Made by a program: the position numbers and the translations under genes. The notes beneath the pieces are model-generated. The model was given only the letters and a program-made list of their open reading frames with translations. It had not been told where the DNA came from and ran no database searches. Shown here one piece after another: positions 27,341 to 39,757 of a stretch of 64,000 nt of DNA (positions are counted from its first letter, which is position 1; each line of letters begins with the position of its first letter). Source of the stretch: Eledone cirrhosa (lineage: Eukaryota); NCBI GenBank assembly GCA_964016885.1, contig OZ024749.1, positions 27,590,001-27,654,000 of the forward strand. Reading direction: 5' to 3'.

Positions 27341-29059
27341 ATGTGAGTGTGCGCAAATACACATATATATATATACACACACACATACAAACACACACAA
27401 ACTTATACATATGCATACGCACACTCACACACACATATATCACATAGATACGAAGATAAACATATAAATAGAGAGACATATAAATATATACAGAACCCAT
27501 ATACACATACATACAAACACGCATATACATATATATACATATATACACACATATATATTCCTATATACAAGCATACACATACACACACATATATACATAT
27601 ACATACACATATACATATCACACATTCACATACACGTACATATATAATACATATATATACACATATATATACATATATATGTATGTACAATCATATATAC
27701 ACACTCAATCTTACATTCATATTTACATGCTCATATATGTATTTTTATATTTAGAAATAAATACCAAAAAAACTATATAGACACCTATCTACACATATAT
27801 TCATACATATACACTTACAAAAACAGATGATAATAGTATGGGGGAAAGGGGGGGTTTGGAGAAGGGGATCAAAGTAAATATATGTTTCAAGAAACATATA
27901 ATATTTTCCATATCTTAATTCAATGTATGTTCCTACATATTTTCAGTGCTAGGAAATACGAAATCTATGCATCACAAAATAAAAAAGTATATTATTAATC
28001 ATATGTCAACTAAACCAAAGATAGTCAACATATTGATTTCCAAGGTGTAAATTAGTTAGGTTTATAATATTTGAGGCAGAATTATGAAGTCAAACAGTAG
28101 TAGAATATTAATTACATTATAACTAAATTAAAGTTAATAACGTTATGGTATCAATATTAGGAGATGAATAGGGAAAAGAAACCCAAATAAAAATAAAATA
28201 AAGTATTACATCGGTAGTAGCATATAAATTATATGTTAACTAAGTTAAAAATTATATATTTATTTCAATAGTATATGTTAATTAGTATATGTTAATTAGG
28301 TATACAATACATAAAGCAGATATTGTATTTCATCAATAGCATAATATAATTATATGCAAATAAAAATCAAAATTAATACGCATACATATACATATACATA
28401 CACATACACATACATATACATATACATACACATATACATATATATATATACATATATATACACATACATACATATATAGTCACATAAATATACATACAGA
28501 TACACATATAACACACACATATACATATACATATAGATATACATATCTTTTCCAAAAAATTTGCACAGAATACATTAACTAGGTATATATCCAAGAACAC
28601 CTCCCATTCTATAATTACATGACATTCTGCAATTTGTCTGTACAATGATACTAATTTTAAGCAAATTAAAGTTAAAATTAAAGTTTTAGGTTGATTAAAG
28701 CTAAAACCAAATAATAAATATATTTCCAAAATGTATATTAATTAGGTCAATAATACTAAAAATTCTTTCTCCGTCATAGGATACATGATATTATTTTGTT
28801 ATATTTTATCTGTAAAAGAATTATAATAAAAAAAATTATTATAATAAAAGGTTAAACTAAATTAAAAAATTATAATAAAAGGTTAAAATAAGTTAAAATT
28901 AATCTATAAATTAAATTACTGAATATATATTAGTAATATTTAAAGGTTTTTCAAAATTAATGATTACATAAAATTTTCTCATCTGTAATAAAATATTAAT
29001 TAAATTAAATTTATAGGTTAACTAACATTTAAATTAAATTAAATTCTAGAATAATGTTA

Positions 29060-31437
29060 TTAATTAGGTTTATAATATTTAAATGTTTTTTTTAGTTTAT
29101 GATTACACGATATAATTAATTCCTGTCTTTTATTTAATAAGATATCCCTAGACTTCATTATTTCAAATAGTTCTTGGGAACATAATCTACATTCCTTTCT
29201 ATTATTTTGATAAGGGGTGGCTCTTTTGAGCACACTCCAGGTCAAATCATATTTTATATTTTTATTTTTATAACTATTGATTTTTTCTGCTAGAGATGTT
29301 GTATTAGCCAGTGCGGCATTTTTAAAGCTATGTTTGTGGGTATTATATCTTGTCTTAAAATTGTTAGAGGTAGCTCCTATATATGAGCAAATAGAATCTT
29401 TAGTTTTAACATTACATTTATAGACTATGTTGTTAACAAGACAATTCCCTTTTAATGGGCAGTTTGTTTTGTTTCTACAGTTACATCCTTTCGTTAATTC
29501 TGTATTTGAGGAGATATTATTGTTAATTTGATGTACTGGTGGTATACTTATAGTTTTCTTACATTTATATGCATTATATGCACTTATATTTTGTTTTATG
29601 TTATTTGTTGTAGAATATGAGAATTTAACTGTAGACCTATTTAAGATTTGATGGTATTTGTGGTTTGGCGGGAAGTTTTTCTCAAGGATATAAAAAAATT
29701 TTTTAGCAATATTATCCTTAACTTGTAAATTAAAAGGAGCATTATACCAAGTAACTCGTCTATTACGGTTTCTATGTTGTTTATTATTTTTATTATTTTT
29801 ATATGTTGTATCATGATTTTTACTAGGAGGAATAATGTTAATGATCTCACCACAACTATTTTTAGTTATATTTGTAGATTTAGGTGTTTTATCTTTTTTA
29901 TTAGGAGTTTTATTATTAATATTTATTATAGTCTTATGATGAGTAGTTTTTTGAGGGTTACTATACTTAATATTAAAAGATTTAGTATTTTGGGGTATAC
30001 TGTGGGTGGCATTTAGGTGTGTACTTTTCATTTGGTGTTTGTTGGTAATATTATGCTGTATGCTTTCAGTATTTTTAGTAGAAGGTATATACTCTAATCT
30101 ATTTTTGTGGCCACTTCTATCTAGAGCTTCATTATAAAAGGTCGCATTTTTATCAAATACATCTTGGTTAGAAGAAAGGTTAGAAATTCTAAGTGATATA
30201 TTATATGCAAGGTTTTTAAGGATAGATTTAGGGTGATTAGATTGTGAGTGTATGTAATGTAAGTTTTGGTTAGGTTTATGGTAAGGTTGGTATATACCCG
30301 TAGCTAAATCTAAAGTTATATCTAGGAAATTTACTACTTTACTTGTTTTTTCAAAAGTAATATTAAGATTATAATAGTCTTTAAGGAAAGTTCTAATATG
30401 CTTTTTGTTTTTTTCGATTTCTGAAAGGCTAAGGTTGTTAGAAAGAAGAAGACAGTCATCACGATATAAACCACCTTTGAGGTGGGGAAAAGAGGCATTT
30501 ATGTTGAAAAGGAGAAAGAGGCCCACAAGATCAGTAATTTGGGCAGAATCGCTTGAACCCATAGTAATATCAAAAAGATTACTATAAGTGTTTCTGGTCC
30601 AGTATTCATTCTGAAATTCAATAAGTGTTTGTCTAGCATGTGTAATAATGTTAATGTCATCCGAAGTTAAACTAGATCTATTTTTAGCAAATATTAATGC
30701 TTTGTTCAGGAGTATGGGTGATATAGAAGAATAATAATTATCTATATCAAACTGTAGGAAAGAAGCAGAAGATTTACACCTAATATTTTTAAACCAATTA
30801 ATTACCTGGGAGGTGTTTTCCCAGAGTGGTAAAATAACGTATTTTCTTATTTGTGGGATGACTCTATCTAAAATTTTTTTGCTAATTATTCCAATATCTG
30901 ATTTGGAGGGACATATAAGTCTAATAGAAGGATTAGAGTTAAAGTTAGATTTGTGATCTTTCAGGTTGAAGTGTGGACTTCTCAATGCCAAAGGTTCAGT
31001 TCTATCTTCAATATTTAGTTTTTTTACTATGTTGTGTGTTTTGTTGTTGATGTTGGTGAGTGACGCATTATTAGATTTTTTATAACTTTTTCTGAGTTCT
31101 TTATATATGAACTCATTATAATGTTCAATATCCATATGATACAAGTTACCAGTTTTGTCCGAGTGGACATGGATTTTTTTAGACTTTTTTAGGTCCAATA
31201 GGGTAGAATCAAGGTCCTTTTGAAAGACGGATTTATACTTTTTAAATTTTAGGTGTTTAATTAAATTAAAAAGGTCTTTCTCGAAGTCTTCAAGTAAAAA
31301 GTTGTGTGGTGGATTCTTGTAAGTGTTGAAATCATACATATATTTCCGATCTGCTTGTTTAGATTTCCTATCAAAGTGGTAGGCTCTCCATCTAACCCTT
31401 CTGATAAAATTATTAGTTTTCTGAATCATAAGGAGTA
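29060..31437 (-). CDS. PLE RT + GIY-YIG endonuclease ORF (unit A)
   Basis: QFDIDNYYSSI, ITMGSSDS, GLYRDD, NFLDITL; CNCRNKTNC linker; IVY...YIGAT...RYNTH; ends KTFKYYKPN*. Confidence 0.9.
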
Positions 31438-31447
31438 TGGATATCAT

Positions 31448-33523
31448 ATGGATATTGAACATTATAATGAGTTCATATATAAAGAACTCAGAAAAAGTTA
31501 TAAAAAATCTAATAATGCGTCACTCACCAACATCAACAACAAAACACACAACATAGTAAAAAAACTAAATATTGAAGATAGAACTGAACCTTTGGCATTG
31601 AGAAGTCCACACTTCAACCTGAAAGATCACAAATCTAACTTTAACTCTAATCCTTCTATTAGACTTATATGTCCCTCCAAATCAGATATTGGAATAATTA
31701 GCAAAAAAATTTTAGATAGAGTCATCCCACAAATAAGAAAATACGTTATTTTACCACTCTGGGAAAACACCTCCCAGGTAATTAATTGGTTTAAAAATAT
31801 TAGGTGTAAATCTTCTGCTTCTTTCCTACAGTTTGATATAGATAATTATTATTCTTCTATATCACCCATACTCCTGAACAAAGCATTAATATTTGCTAAA
31901 AATAGATCTAGTTTAACTTCGGATGACATTAACATTATTACACATGCTAGACAAACACTTATTGAATTTCAGAATGAATACTGGACCAGAAACACTTATA
32001 GTAATCTTTTTGATATTACTATGGGTTCAAGCGATTCTGCCCAAATTACTGATCTTGTGGGCCTCTTTCTCCTTTTCAACATAAATGCCTCTTTTCCCCA
32101 CCTCAAAGGTGGTTTATATCGTGATGACTGTCTTCTTCTTTCTAACAACCTTAGCCTTTCAGAAATCGAAAAAAACAAAAAGCATATTAGAACTTTCCTT
32201 AAAGACTATTATAATCTTAATATTACTTTTGAAAAAACAAGTAAAGTAGTAAATTTCCTAGATATAACTTTAGATTTAGCTACGGGTATATACCAACCTT
32301 ACCATAAACCTAACCAAAACTTACATTACATACACTCACAATCTAATCACCCTAAATCTATCCTTAAAAACCTTGCATATAATATATCACTTAGAATTTC
32401 TAACCTTTCTTCTAACCAAGATGTATTTGATAAAAATGCGACCTTTTATAATGAAGCTCTAGATAGAAGTGGCCACAAAAATAGATTAGAGTATATACCT
32501 TCTACTAAAAATACTGAAAGCATACAGCATAATATTACCAACAAACACCAAATGAAAAGTACACACCTAAATGCCACCCACAGTATACCCCAAAATACTA
32601 AATCTTTTAATATTAAGTATAGTAACCCTCAAAAAACTACTCATCATAAGACTATAATAAATATTAATAATAAAACTCCTAATAAAAAAGATAAAACACC
32701 TAAATCTACAAATATAACTAAAAATAGTTGTGGTGAGATCATTAACATTATTCCTCCTAGTAAAAATCATGATACAACATATAAAAATAATAAAAATAAT
32801 AAACAACATAGAAACCGTAATAGACGAGTTACTTGGTATAATGCTCCTTTTAATTTACAAGTTAAGGATAATATTGCTAAAAAATTTTTTTATATCCTTG
32901 AGAAAAACTTCCCGCCAAACCACAAATACCATCAAATCTTAAATAGGTCTACAGTTAAATTCTCATATTCTACAACAAATAACATAAAACAAAATATAAG
33001 TGCATATAATGCATATAAATGTAAGAAAACTATAAGTATACCACCAGTACATCAAATTAACAATAATATCTCCTCAAATACAGAATTAACGAAAGGATGT
33101 AACTGTAGAAACAAAACAAACTGCCCATTAAAAGGGAATTGTCTTGTTAACAACATAGTCTATAAATGTAATGTTAAAACTAAAGATTCTATTTGCTCAT
33201 ATATAGGAGCTACCTCTAACAATTTTAAGACAAGATATAATACCCACAAACATAGCTTTAAAAATGCCGCACTGGCTAATACAACATCTCTAGCAGAAAA
33301 AATCAATAGTTATAAAAATAAAAATATAAAATATGATTTGACCTGGAGTGTGCTCAAAAGAGCCACCCCTTATCAAAATAATAGAAAGGAATGTAGATTA
33401 TGTTCCCAAGAACTATTTGAAATAATGAAGTCTAGGGATATCTTATTAAATAAAAGACAGGAATTAATTATATCGTGTAATCATAAACTAAAAAAAACAT
33501 TTAAATATTATAAACCTAATTAA
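31448..33523 (+). CDS. PLE RT + GIY-YIG ORF, N-terminally truncated (unit B)
   Basis: Same protein from MDIEH onward; the ORF-track N-terminus (31304-31441) is antisense of unit A. Confidence 0.85.
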   Translation: MDIEHYNEFIYKELRKSYKKSNNASLTNINNKTHNIVKKLNIEDRTEPLALRSPHFNLKDHKSNFNSNPSIRLICPSKSDIGIISKKILDRVIPQIRKYVILPLWENTSQVINWFKNIRCKSSASFLQFDIDNYYSSISPILLNKALIFAKNRSSLTSDDINIITHARQTLIEFQNEYWTRNTYSNLFDITMGSSDSAQITDLVGLFLLFNINASFPHLKGGLYRDDCLLLSNNLSLSEIEKNKKHIRTFLKDYYNLNITFEKTSKVVNFLDITLDLATGIYQPYHKPNQNLHYIHSQSNHPKSILKNLAYNISLRISNLSSNQDVFDKNATFYNEALDRSGHKNRLEYIPSTKNTESIQHNITNKHQMKSTHLNATHSIPQNTKSFNIKYSNPQKTTHHKTIININNKTPNKKDKTPKSTNITKNSCGEIINIIPPSKNHDTTYKNNKNNKQHRNRNRRVTWYNAPFNLQVKDNIAKKFFYILEKNFPPNHKYHQILNRSTVKFSYSTTNNIKQNISAYNAYKCKKTISIPPVHQINNNISSNTELTKGCNCRNKTNCPLKGNCLVNNIVYKCNVKTKDSICSYIGATSNNFKTRYNTHKHSFKNAALANTTSLAEKINSYKNKNIKYDLTWSVLKRATPYQNNRKECRLCSQELFEIMKSRDILLNKRQELIISCNHKLKKTFKYYKPN

Positions 33524-35242
33524 TAACATTATTCTAGAATTTAATTTAATTTAAATGTTAGTTAACCTATAAATTTAATTTAATTAATATTTTATTACAG
33601 ATGAGAAAATTTTATGTAATCATTAATTTTGAAAAACCTTTAAATATTACTAATATATATTCAGTAATTTAATTTATAGATTAATTTTAACTTATTTTAA
33701 CCTTTTATTATAATTTTTTAATTTAGTTTAACCTTTTATTATAATAATTTTTTTTATTATAATTCTTTTACAGATAAAATATAACAAAATAATATCATGT
33801 ATCCTATGACGGAGAAAGAATTTTTAGTATTATTGACCTAATTAATATACATTTTGGAAATATATTTATTATTTGGTTTTAGCTTTAATCAACCTAAAAC
33901 TTTAATTTTAACTTTAATTTGCTTAAAATTAGTATCATTGTACAGACAAATTGCAGAATGTCATGTAATTATAGAATGGGAGGTGTTCTTGGATATATAC
34001 CTAGTTAATGTATTCTGTGCAAATTTTTTGGAAAAGATATGTATATCTATATGTATATGTATATGTGTGTGTTATATGTGTATCTGTATGTATATTTATG
34101 TGACTATATATGTATGTATGTGTATATATATGTATATATATATATGTATATGTGTATGTATATGTATATGTATGTGTATGTGTATGTATATGTATATGTA
34201 TGCGTATTAATTTTGATTTTTATTTGCATATAATTATATTATGCTATTGATGAAATACAATATCTGCTTTATGTATTGTATACCTAATTAACATATACTA
34301 ATTAACATATACTATTGAAATAAATATATAATTTTTAACTTAGTTAACATATAATTTATATGCTACTACCGATGTAATACTTTATTTTATTTTTATTTGG
34401 GTTTCTTTTCCCTATTCATCTCCTAATATTGATACCATAACGTTATTAACTTTAATTTAGTTATAATGTAATTAATATTCTACTACTGTTTGACTTCATA
34501 ATTCTGCCTCAAATATTATAAACCTAACTAATTTACACCTTGGAAATCAATATGTTGACTATCTTTGGTTTAGTTGACATATGATTAATAATATACTTTT
34601 TTATTTTGTGATGCATAGATTTCGTATTTCCTAGCACTGAAAATATGTAGGAACATACATTGAATTAAGATATGGAAAATATTATATGTTTCTTGAAACA
34701 TATATTTACTTTGATCCCCTTCTCCAAACCCCCCCTTTCCCCCATACTATTATCATCTGTTTTTGTAAGTGTATATGTATGAATATATGTGTAGATAGGT
34801 GTCTATATAGTTTTTTTGGTATTTATTTCTAAATATAAAAATACATATATGAGCATGTAAATATGAATGTAAGATTGAGTGTGTATATATGATTGTACAT
34901 ACATATATATGTATATATATGTGTATATATATGTATTATATATGTACGTGTATGTGAATGTGTGATATGTATATGTGTATGTATATGTATATATGTGTGT
35001 GTATGTGTATGCTTGTATATAGGAATATATATGTGTGTATATATGTATATATATGTATATGCGTGTTTGTATGTATGTGTATATGGGTTCTGTATATATT
35101 TATATGTCTCTCTATTTATATGTTTATCTTCGTATCTATGTGATATATGTGTGTGTGAGTGTGCGTATGCATATGTATAAGTTTGTGTGTGTTTGTATGT
35201 GTGTGTGTATATATATATATGTGTATTTGCGCACACTCACAT

Positions 35243-35277
<35 letters not shown>

Positions 35278-35550
35278 AGTGTGTATGTGTGTCTGTATGT
35301 GTGTGCGTGTGTGTATATGTGTATATATATGTATATATATATATGTGTATGTATGTGTATGTATATAGATATATATATATATATATTTTATATATATATA
35401 TGTGTATATAGGTGTCTATGTGTGAATATATGTCTTTATTCGTATGTATGTATTTATATATGTTTATATTTAGGTGTATGTATGTATGTGTATGTATGTA
35501 TGTATGTGTATGTGTGTGTATGTATATGTCTATATGTGTGTATATATATG

Positions 35551-35581
<31 letters not shown>

Positions 35582-35798
35582 TATTCTTTATTATTATTGT
35601 AATATAACTTATGTGTATATGTGTATAAGTGAGGTTGTGTATGTATATATACTATGTGTATATATAAGAGTAATGAAATATATATATATATATATATATA
35701 TGTGCATGTCTGTATTTTATGTGTGTGTGTGGATTTATATATGTGTATGTGTGTATATATGTATGTATATATACATATGTGTGTACGTGTGTGTATGT

Positions 35799-35849
<51 letters not shown>

Positions 35850-35962
35850 TGGATGTTTGTATGTGTTTTTATGGTGGTATGAGTGTGGGATATATATATA
35901 TGTTTGTGTATAAATGTATGTATGTGTATGTATATATATATGAGTCTACGTGTGTGTGTATA

Positions 35963-36019
<57 letters not shown>

Positions 36020-36787
36020 ATGTATGTATGTGTTGCGCGTGTGTGTGTCCGTATTTATATCTTTTTATATGTGTATGAGTATGTTCGTGTAAATGTATGT
36101 GTGTGTATGACAGTATAGGTATGTGTGTATGTATGTATGTATGGATATCTCTATGTGCGCGTACATGTATGTATGTGTATGTATATCTGTATGCGTATGT
36201 ACATTATATTATATGTATTTATATTTTATTGTTTTTATTTTTTTATTTTTCATAATTTATAGATACATTTATATTAAGGTTGTCTGGTCTGACAGTCTAA
36301 TACTGACCCCCCCCCCTCCCACCTAATTTCTGTATCTTGATCTTGAAATGTGTGTACCAGTGTGTTTATGTGAGTGACTTAATTTCTATTTGCTTATGAT
36401 TTTATATCCACATATATAAATGTGAGTGGGGGAGTGTGTGTGTTTGTGTGTTCGTGGTTATGTGTATATTTTTATATATATACGCACATGTATGTGTGAT
36501 TATACTGATATGTGTGAGTATGAAAAAAATATATTTATATGCTTGACTCCATAAGTATCATTGCGTATCTTATCAGCGCATTAAGCTTACAGAGATATTA
36601 ACCTTGAAATTTTTTATTTGCATCCATCTTTTTAGTATGCACATACAGATTATACACACATTATTGTAAAATGTGTGTAGGGTTTTACATGTATATACAC
36701 ACACCAAACTGCTTTTTAACCCTTTGTGTTTTCATTGGTCAATTTTGAACTGATATTTTGAATTGTTGTTATTATCAATAAATATAC

Positions 36788-36942
36788 TTCATTATTTCTG
36801 AAGACGGCGTATATATGAGTTAGGTATGTATATTTAATCTTGATAATTTGTATAATTTTGTATAATTTTGTACATAGATCTGTTAAATATGCATACCAAT
36901 TATAACACATATATGCCCTAGAAACGATCGTTAAATAGTGAA
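36788..36942 (+). ncRNA. Type I hammerhead ribozyme at the PLE B/C boundary (pseudo-LTR)
   Basis: Stem I UUCAUUAUUU/AAAUAGUGAA (10 bp); CUGAAGA 36798-36804; GAAA 36921-36924; palindromic stem III AACGAUCGUU; GUU triplet; long stem II. Confidence 0.72.
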
Positions 36943-37285
36943 CTTTTTTTGTTTAATATAAGGAATTGTTTGTTCATTATTTGTTTAACATTTTATCTTG
37001 ACTCTGTATACCATTTATCTTTCACCGAAATTGGATTTTCATTACATCTCTTATTTCCATGATATCCGGAATACATTGAGTTCTTCATACGGATTGGACA
37101 CTACCGTAAACTCTTGGTAGATTTATCTACATAATTTTGCTCCTATTTTCACGGAAATATTCGTATTTTTGTACTGTATGTGTGTATTAATTTTATATTT
37201 ATGTATAAACATATATATATGTATGATTTTGTAAACCCATATACATTTAGTTGAGCTCTTTCAATTGTCCATCATCCATATCACA

Positions 37286-39757
37286 ATGGAAAAACAATAT
37301 TTAGGAACCTCCTTAAAAAACATACCAATACCTTCTAAGGACGACTTCTTACTCCTTATGATTCAGAAAACTAATAATTTTATCAGAAGGGTTAGATGGA
37401 GAGCCTACCACTTTGATAGGAAATCTAAACAAGCAGATCGGAAATATATGTATGATTTCAACACTTACAAGAATCCACCACACAACTTTTTACTTGAAGA
37501 CTTCGAGAAAGACCTTTTTAATTTAATTAAACACCTAAAATTTAAAAAGTATAAATCCGTCTTTCAAAAGGACCTTGATTCTACCCTATTGGACCTAAAA
37601 AAGTCTAAAAAAATCCATGTCCACTCGGACAAAACTGGTAACTTGTATCATATGGATATTGAACATTATAATGAGTTCATATATAAAGAACTCAGAAAAA
37701 GTTATAAAAAATCTAATAATGCGTCACTCACCAACATCAACAACAAAACACACAACATAGTAAAAAAACTAAATATTGAAGATAGAACTGAACCTTTGGC
37801 ATTGAGAAGTCCACACTTCAACCTGAAAGATCACAAATCTAACTTTAACTCTAATCCTTCTATTAGACTTATATGTCCCTCCAAATCAGATATTGGAATA
37901 ATTAGCAAAAAAATTTTAGATAGAGTCATCCCACAAATAAGAAAATACGTTATTTTACCACTCTGGGAAAACACCTCCCAGGTAATTAATTGGTTTAAAA
38001 ATATTAGGTGTAAATCTTCTGCTTCTTTCCTACAGTTTGATATAGATAATTATTATTCTTCTATATCACCCATACTCCTGAACAAAGCATTAATATTTGC
38101 TAAAAATAGATCTAGTTTAACTTCGGATGACATTAACATTATTACACATGCTAGACAAACACTTATTGAATTTCAGAATGAATACTGGACCAGAAACACT
38201 TATAGTAATCTTTTTGATATTACTATGGGTTCAAGCGATTCTGCCCAAATTACTGATCTTGTGGGCCTCTTTCTCCTTTTCAACATAAATGCCTCTTTTC
38301 CCCACCTCAAAGGTGGTTTATATCGTGATGACTGTCTTCTTCTTTCTAACAACCTTAGCCTTTCAGAAATCGAAAAAAACAAAAAGCATATTAGAACTTT
38401 CCTTAAAGACTATTATAATCTTAATATTACTTTTGAAAAAACAAGTAAAGTAGTAAATTTCCTAGATATAACTTTAGATTTAGCTACGGGTATATACCAA
38501 CCTTACCATAAACCTAACCAAAACTTACATTACATACACTCACAATCTAATCACCCTAAATCTATCCTTAAAAACCTTGCATATAATATATCACTTAGAA
38601 TTTCTAACCTTTCTTCTAACCAAGATGTATTTGATAAAAATGCGACCTTTTATAATGAAGCTCTAGATAGAAGTGGCCACAAAAATAGATTAGAGTATAT
38701 ACCTTCTACTAAAAATACTGAAAGCATACAGCATAATATTACCAACAAACACCAAATGAAAAGTACACACCTAAATGCCACCCACAGTATACCCCAAAAT
38801 ACTAAATCTTTTAATATTAAGTATAGTAACCCTCAAAAAACTACTCATCATAAGACTATAATAAATATTAATAATAAAACTCCTAATAAAAAAGATAAAA
38901 CACCTAAATCTACAAATATAACTAAAAATAGTTGTGGTGAGATCATTAACATTATTCCTCCTAGTAAAAATCATGATACAACATATAAAAATAATAAAAA
39001 TAATAAACAACATAGAAACCGTAATAGACGAGTTACTTGGTATAATGCTCCTTTTAATTTACAAGTTAAGGATAATATTGCTAAAAAATTTTTTTATATC
39101 CTTGAGAAAAACTTCCCGCCAAACCACAAATACCATCAAATCTTAAATAGGTCTACAGTTAAATTCTCATATTCTACAACAAATAACATAAAACAAAATA
39201 TAAGTGCATATAATGCATATAAATGTAAGAAAACTATAAGTATACCACCAGTACATCAAATTAACAATAATATCTCCTCAAATACAGAATTAACGAAAGG
39301 ATGTAACTGTAGAAACAAAACAAACTGCCCATTAAAAGGGAATTGTCTTGTTAACAACATAGTCTATAAATGTAATGTTAAAACTAAAGATTCTATTTGC
39401 TCATATATAGGAGCTACCTCTAACAATTTTAAGACAAGATATAATACCCACAAACATAGCTTTAAAAATGCCGCACTGGCTAATACAACATCTCTAGCAG
39501 AAAAAATCAATAGTTATAAAAATAAAAATATAAAATATGATTTGACCTGGAGTGTGCTCAAAAGAGCCACCCCTTATCAAAATAATAGAAAGGAATGTAG
39601 ATTATGTTCCCAAGAACTATTTGAAATAATGAAGTCTAGGGATATCTTATTAAATAAAAGACAGGAATTAATTATATCGTGTAATCATAAACTAAAAAAA
39701 AATTTAAATATTATAAACCTAATTAATAACATTATTCTAGAATTTAATTTAATTTAA
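37286..39757 (+). CDS. Full-length PLE polyprotein: RT + C-terminal GIY-YIG (Hydra-clade-like)
   Basis: ATG 37286 MEKQYLGTSLKNIPIPS; SDKTGNLY; RT motifs incl. YRDD; CxCx5C linker; VY..YIG, CRLC, KRQELIISCNH; 1-nt deletion near 39700 alters the last residues relative to A/B. Confidence 0.92.
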   Translation: MEKQYLGTSLKNIPIPSKDDFLLLMIQKTNNFIRRVRWRAYHFDRKSKQADRKYMYDFNTYKNPPHNFLLEDFEKDLFNLIKHLKFKKYKSVFQKDLDSTLLDLKKSKKIHVHSDKTGNLYHMDIEHYNEFIYKELRKSYKKSNNASLTNINNKTHNIVKKLNIEDRTEPLALRSPHFNLKDHKSNFNSNPSIRLICPSKSDIGIISKKILDRVIPQIRKYVILPLWENTSQVINWFKNIRCKSSASFLQFDIDNYYSSISPILLNKALIFAKNRSSLTSDDINIITHARQTLIEFQNEYWTRNTYSNLFDITMGSSDSAQITDLVGLFLLFNINASFPHLKGGLYRDDCLLLSNNLSLSEIEKNKKHIRTFLKDYYNLNITFEKTSKVVNFLDITLDLATGIYQPYHKPNQNLHYIHSQSNHPKSILKNLAYNISLRISNLSSNQDVFDKNATFYNEALDRSGHKNRLEYIPSTKNTESIQHNITNKHQMKSTHLNATHSIPQNTKSFNIKYSNPQKTTHHKTIININNKTPNKKDKTPKSTNITKNSCGEIINIIPPSKNHDTTYKNNKNNKQHRNRNRRVTWYNAPFNLQVKDNIAKKFFYILEKNFPPNHKYHQILNRSTVKFSYSTTNNIKQNISAYNAYKCKKTISIPPVHQINNNISSNTELTKGCNCRNKTNCPLKGNCLVNNIVYKCNVKTKDSICSYIGATSNNFKTRYNTHKHSFKNAALANTTSLAEKINSYKNKNIKYDLTWSVLKRATPYQNNRKECRLCSQELFEIMKSRDILLNKRQELIISCNHKLKKNLNIINLINNIILEFNLI

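Larger units (their letters stand above)
25581..31437 (-). mobile_element. Penelope-like element, unit A (inverted; lacks only ~20 N-terminal codons)
   Basis: Reverse complement of units B/C; ORF 29060-31437 with PLE RT and GIY-YIG. Confidence 0.95.
31442..36996 (+). mobile_element. Penelope-like element, unit B (5'-truncated at YHMDIEH)
   Basis: Near-identical to C and to the reverse complement of A; ORF to 33523. Confidence 0.95.

Noticed and set aside
31304-31441. Novel N-terminus on PLE ORF B
   Set aside because: It is the antisense of unit A across the inversion junction
37286-39757. Naiad-type or selenoprotein PLE
   Set aside because: The endonuclease is C-terminal and there is no in-frame TGA
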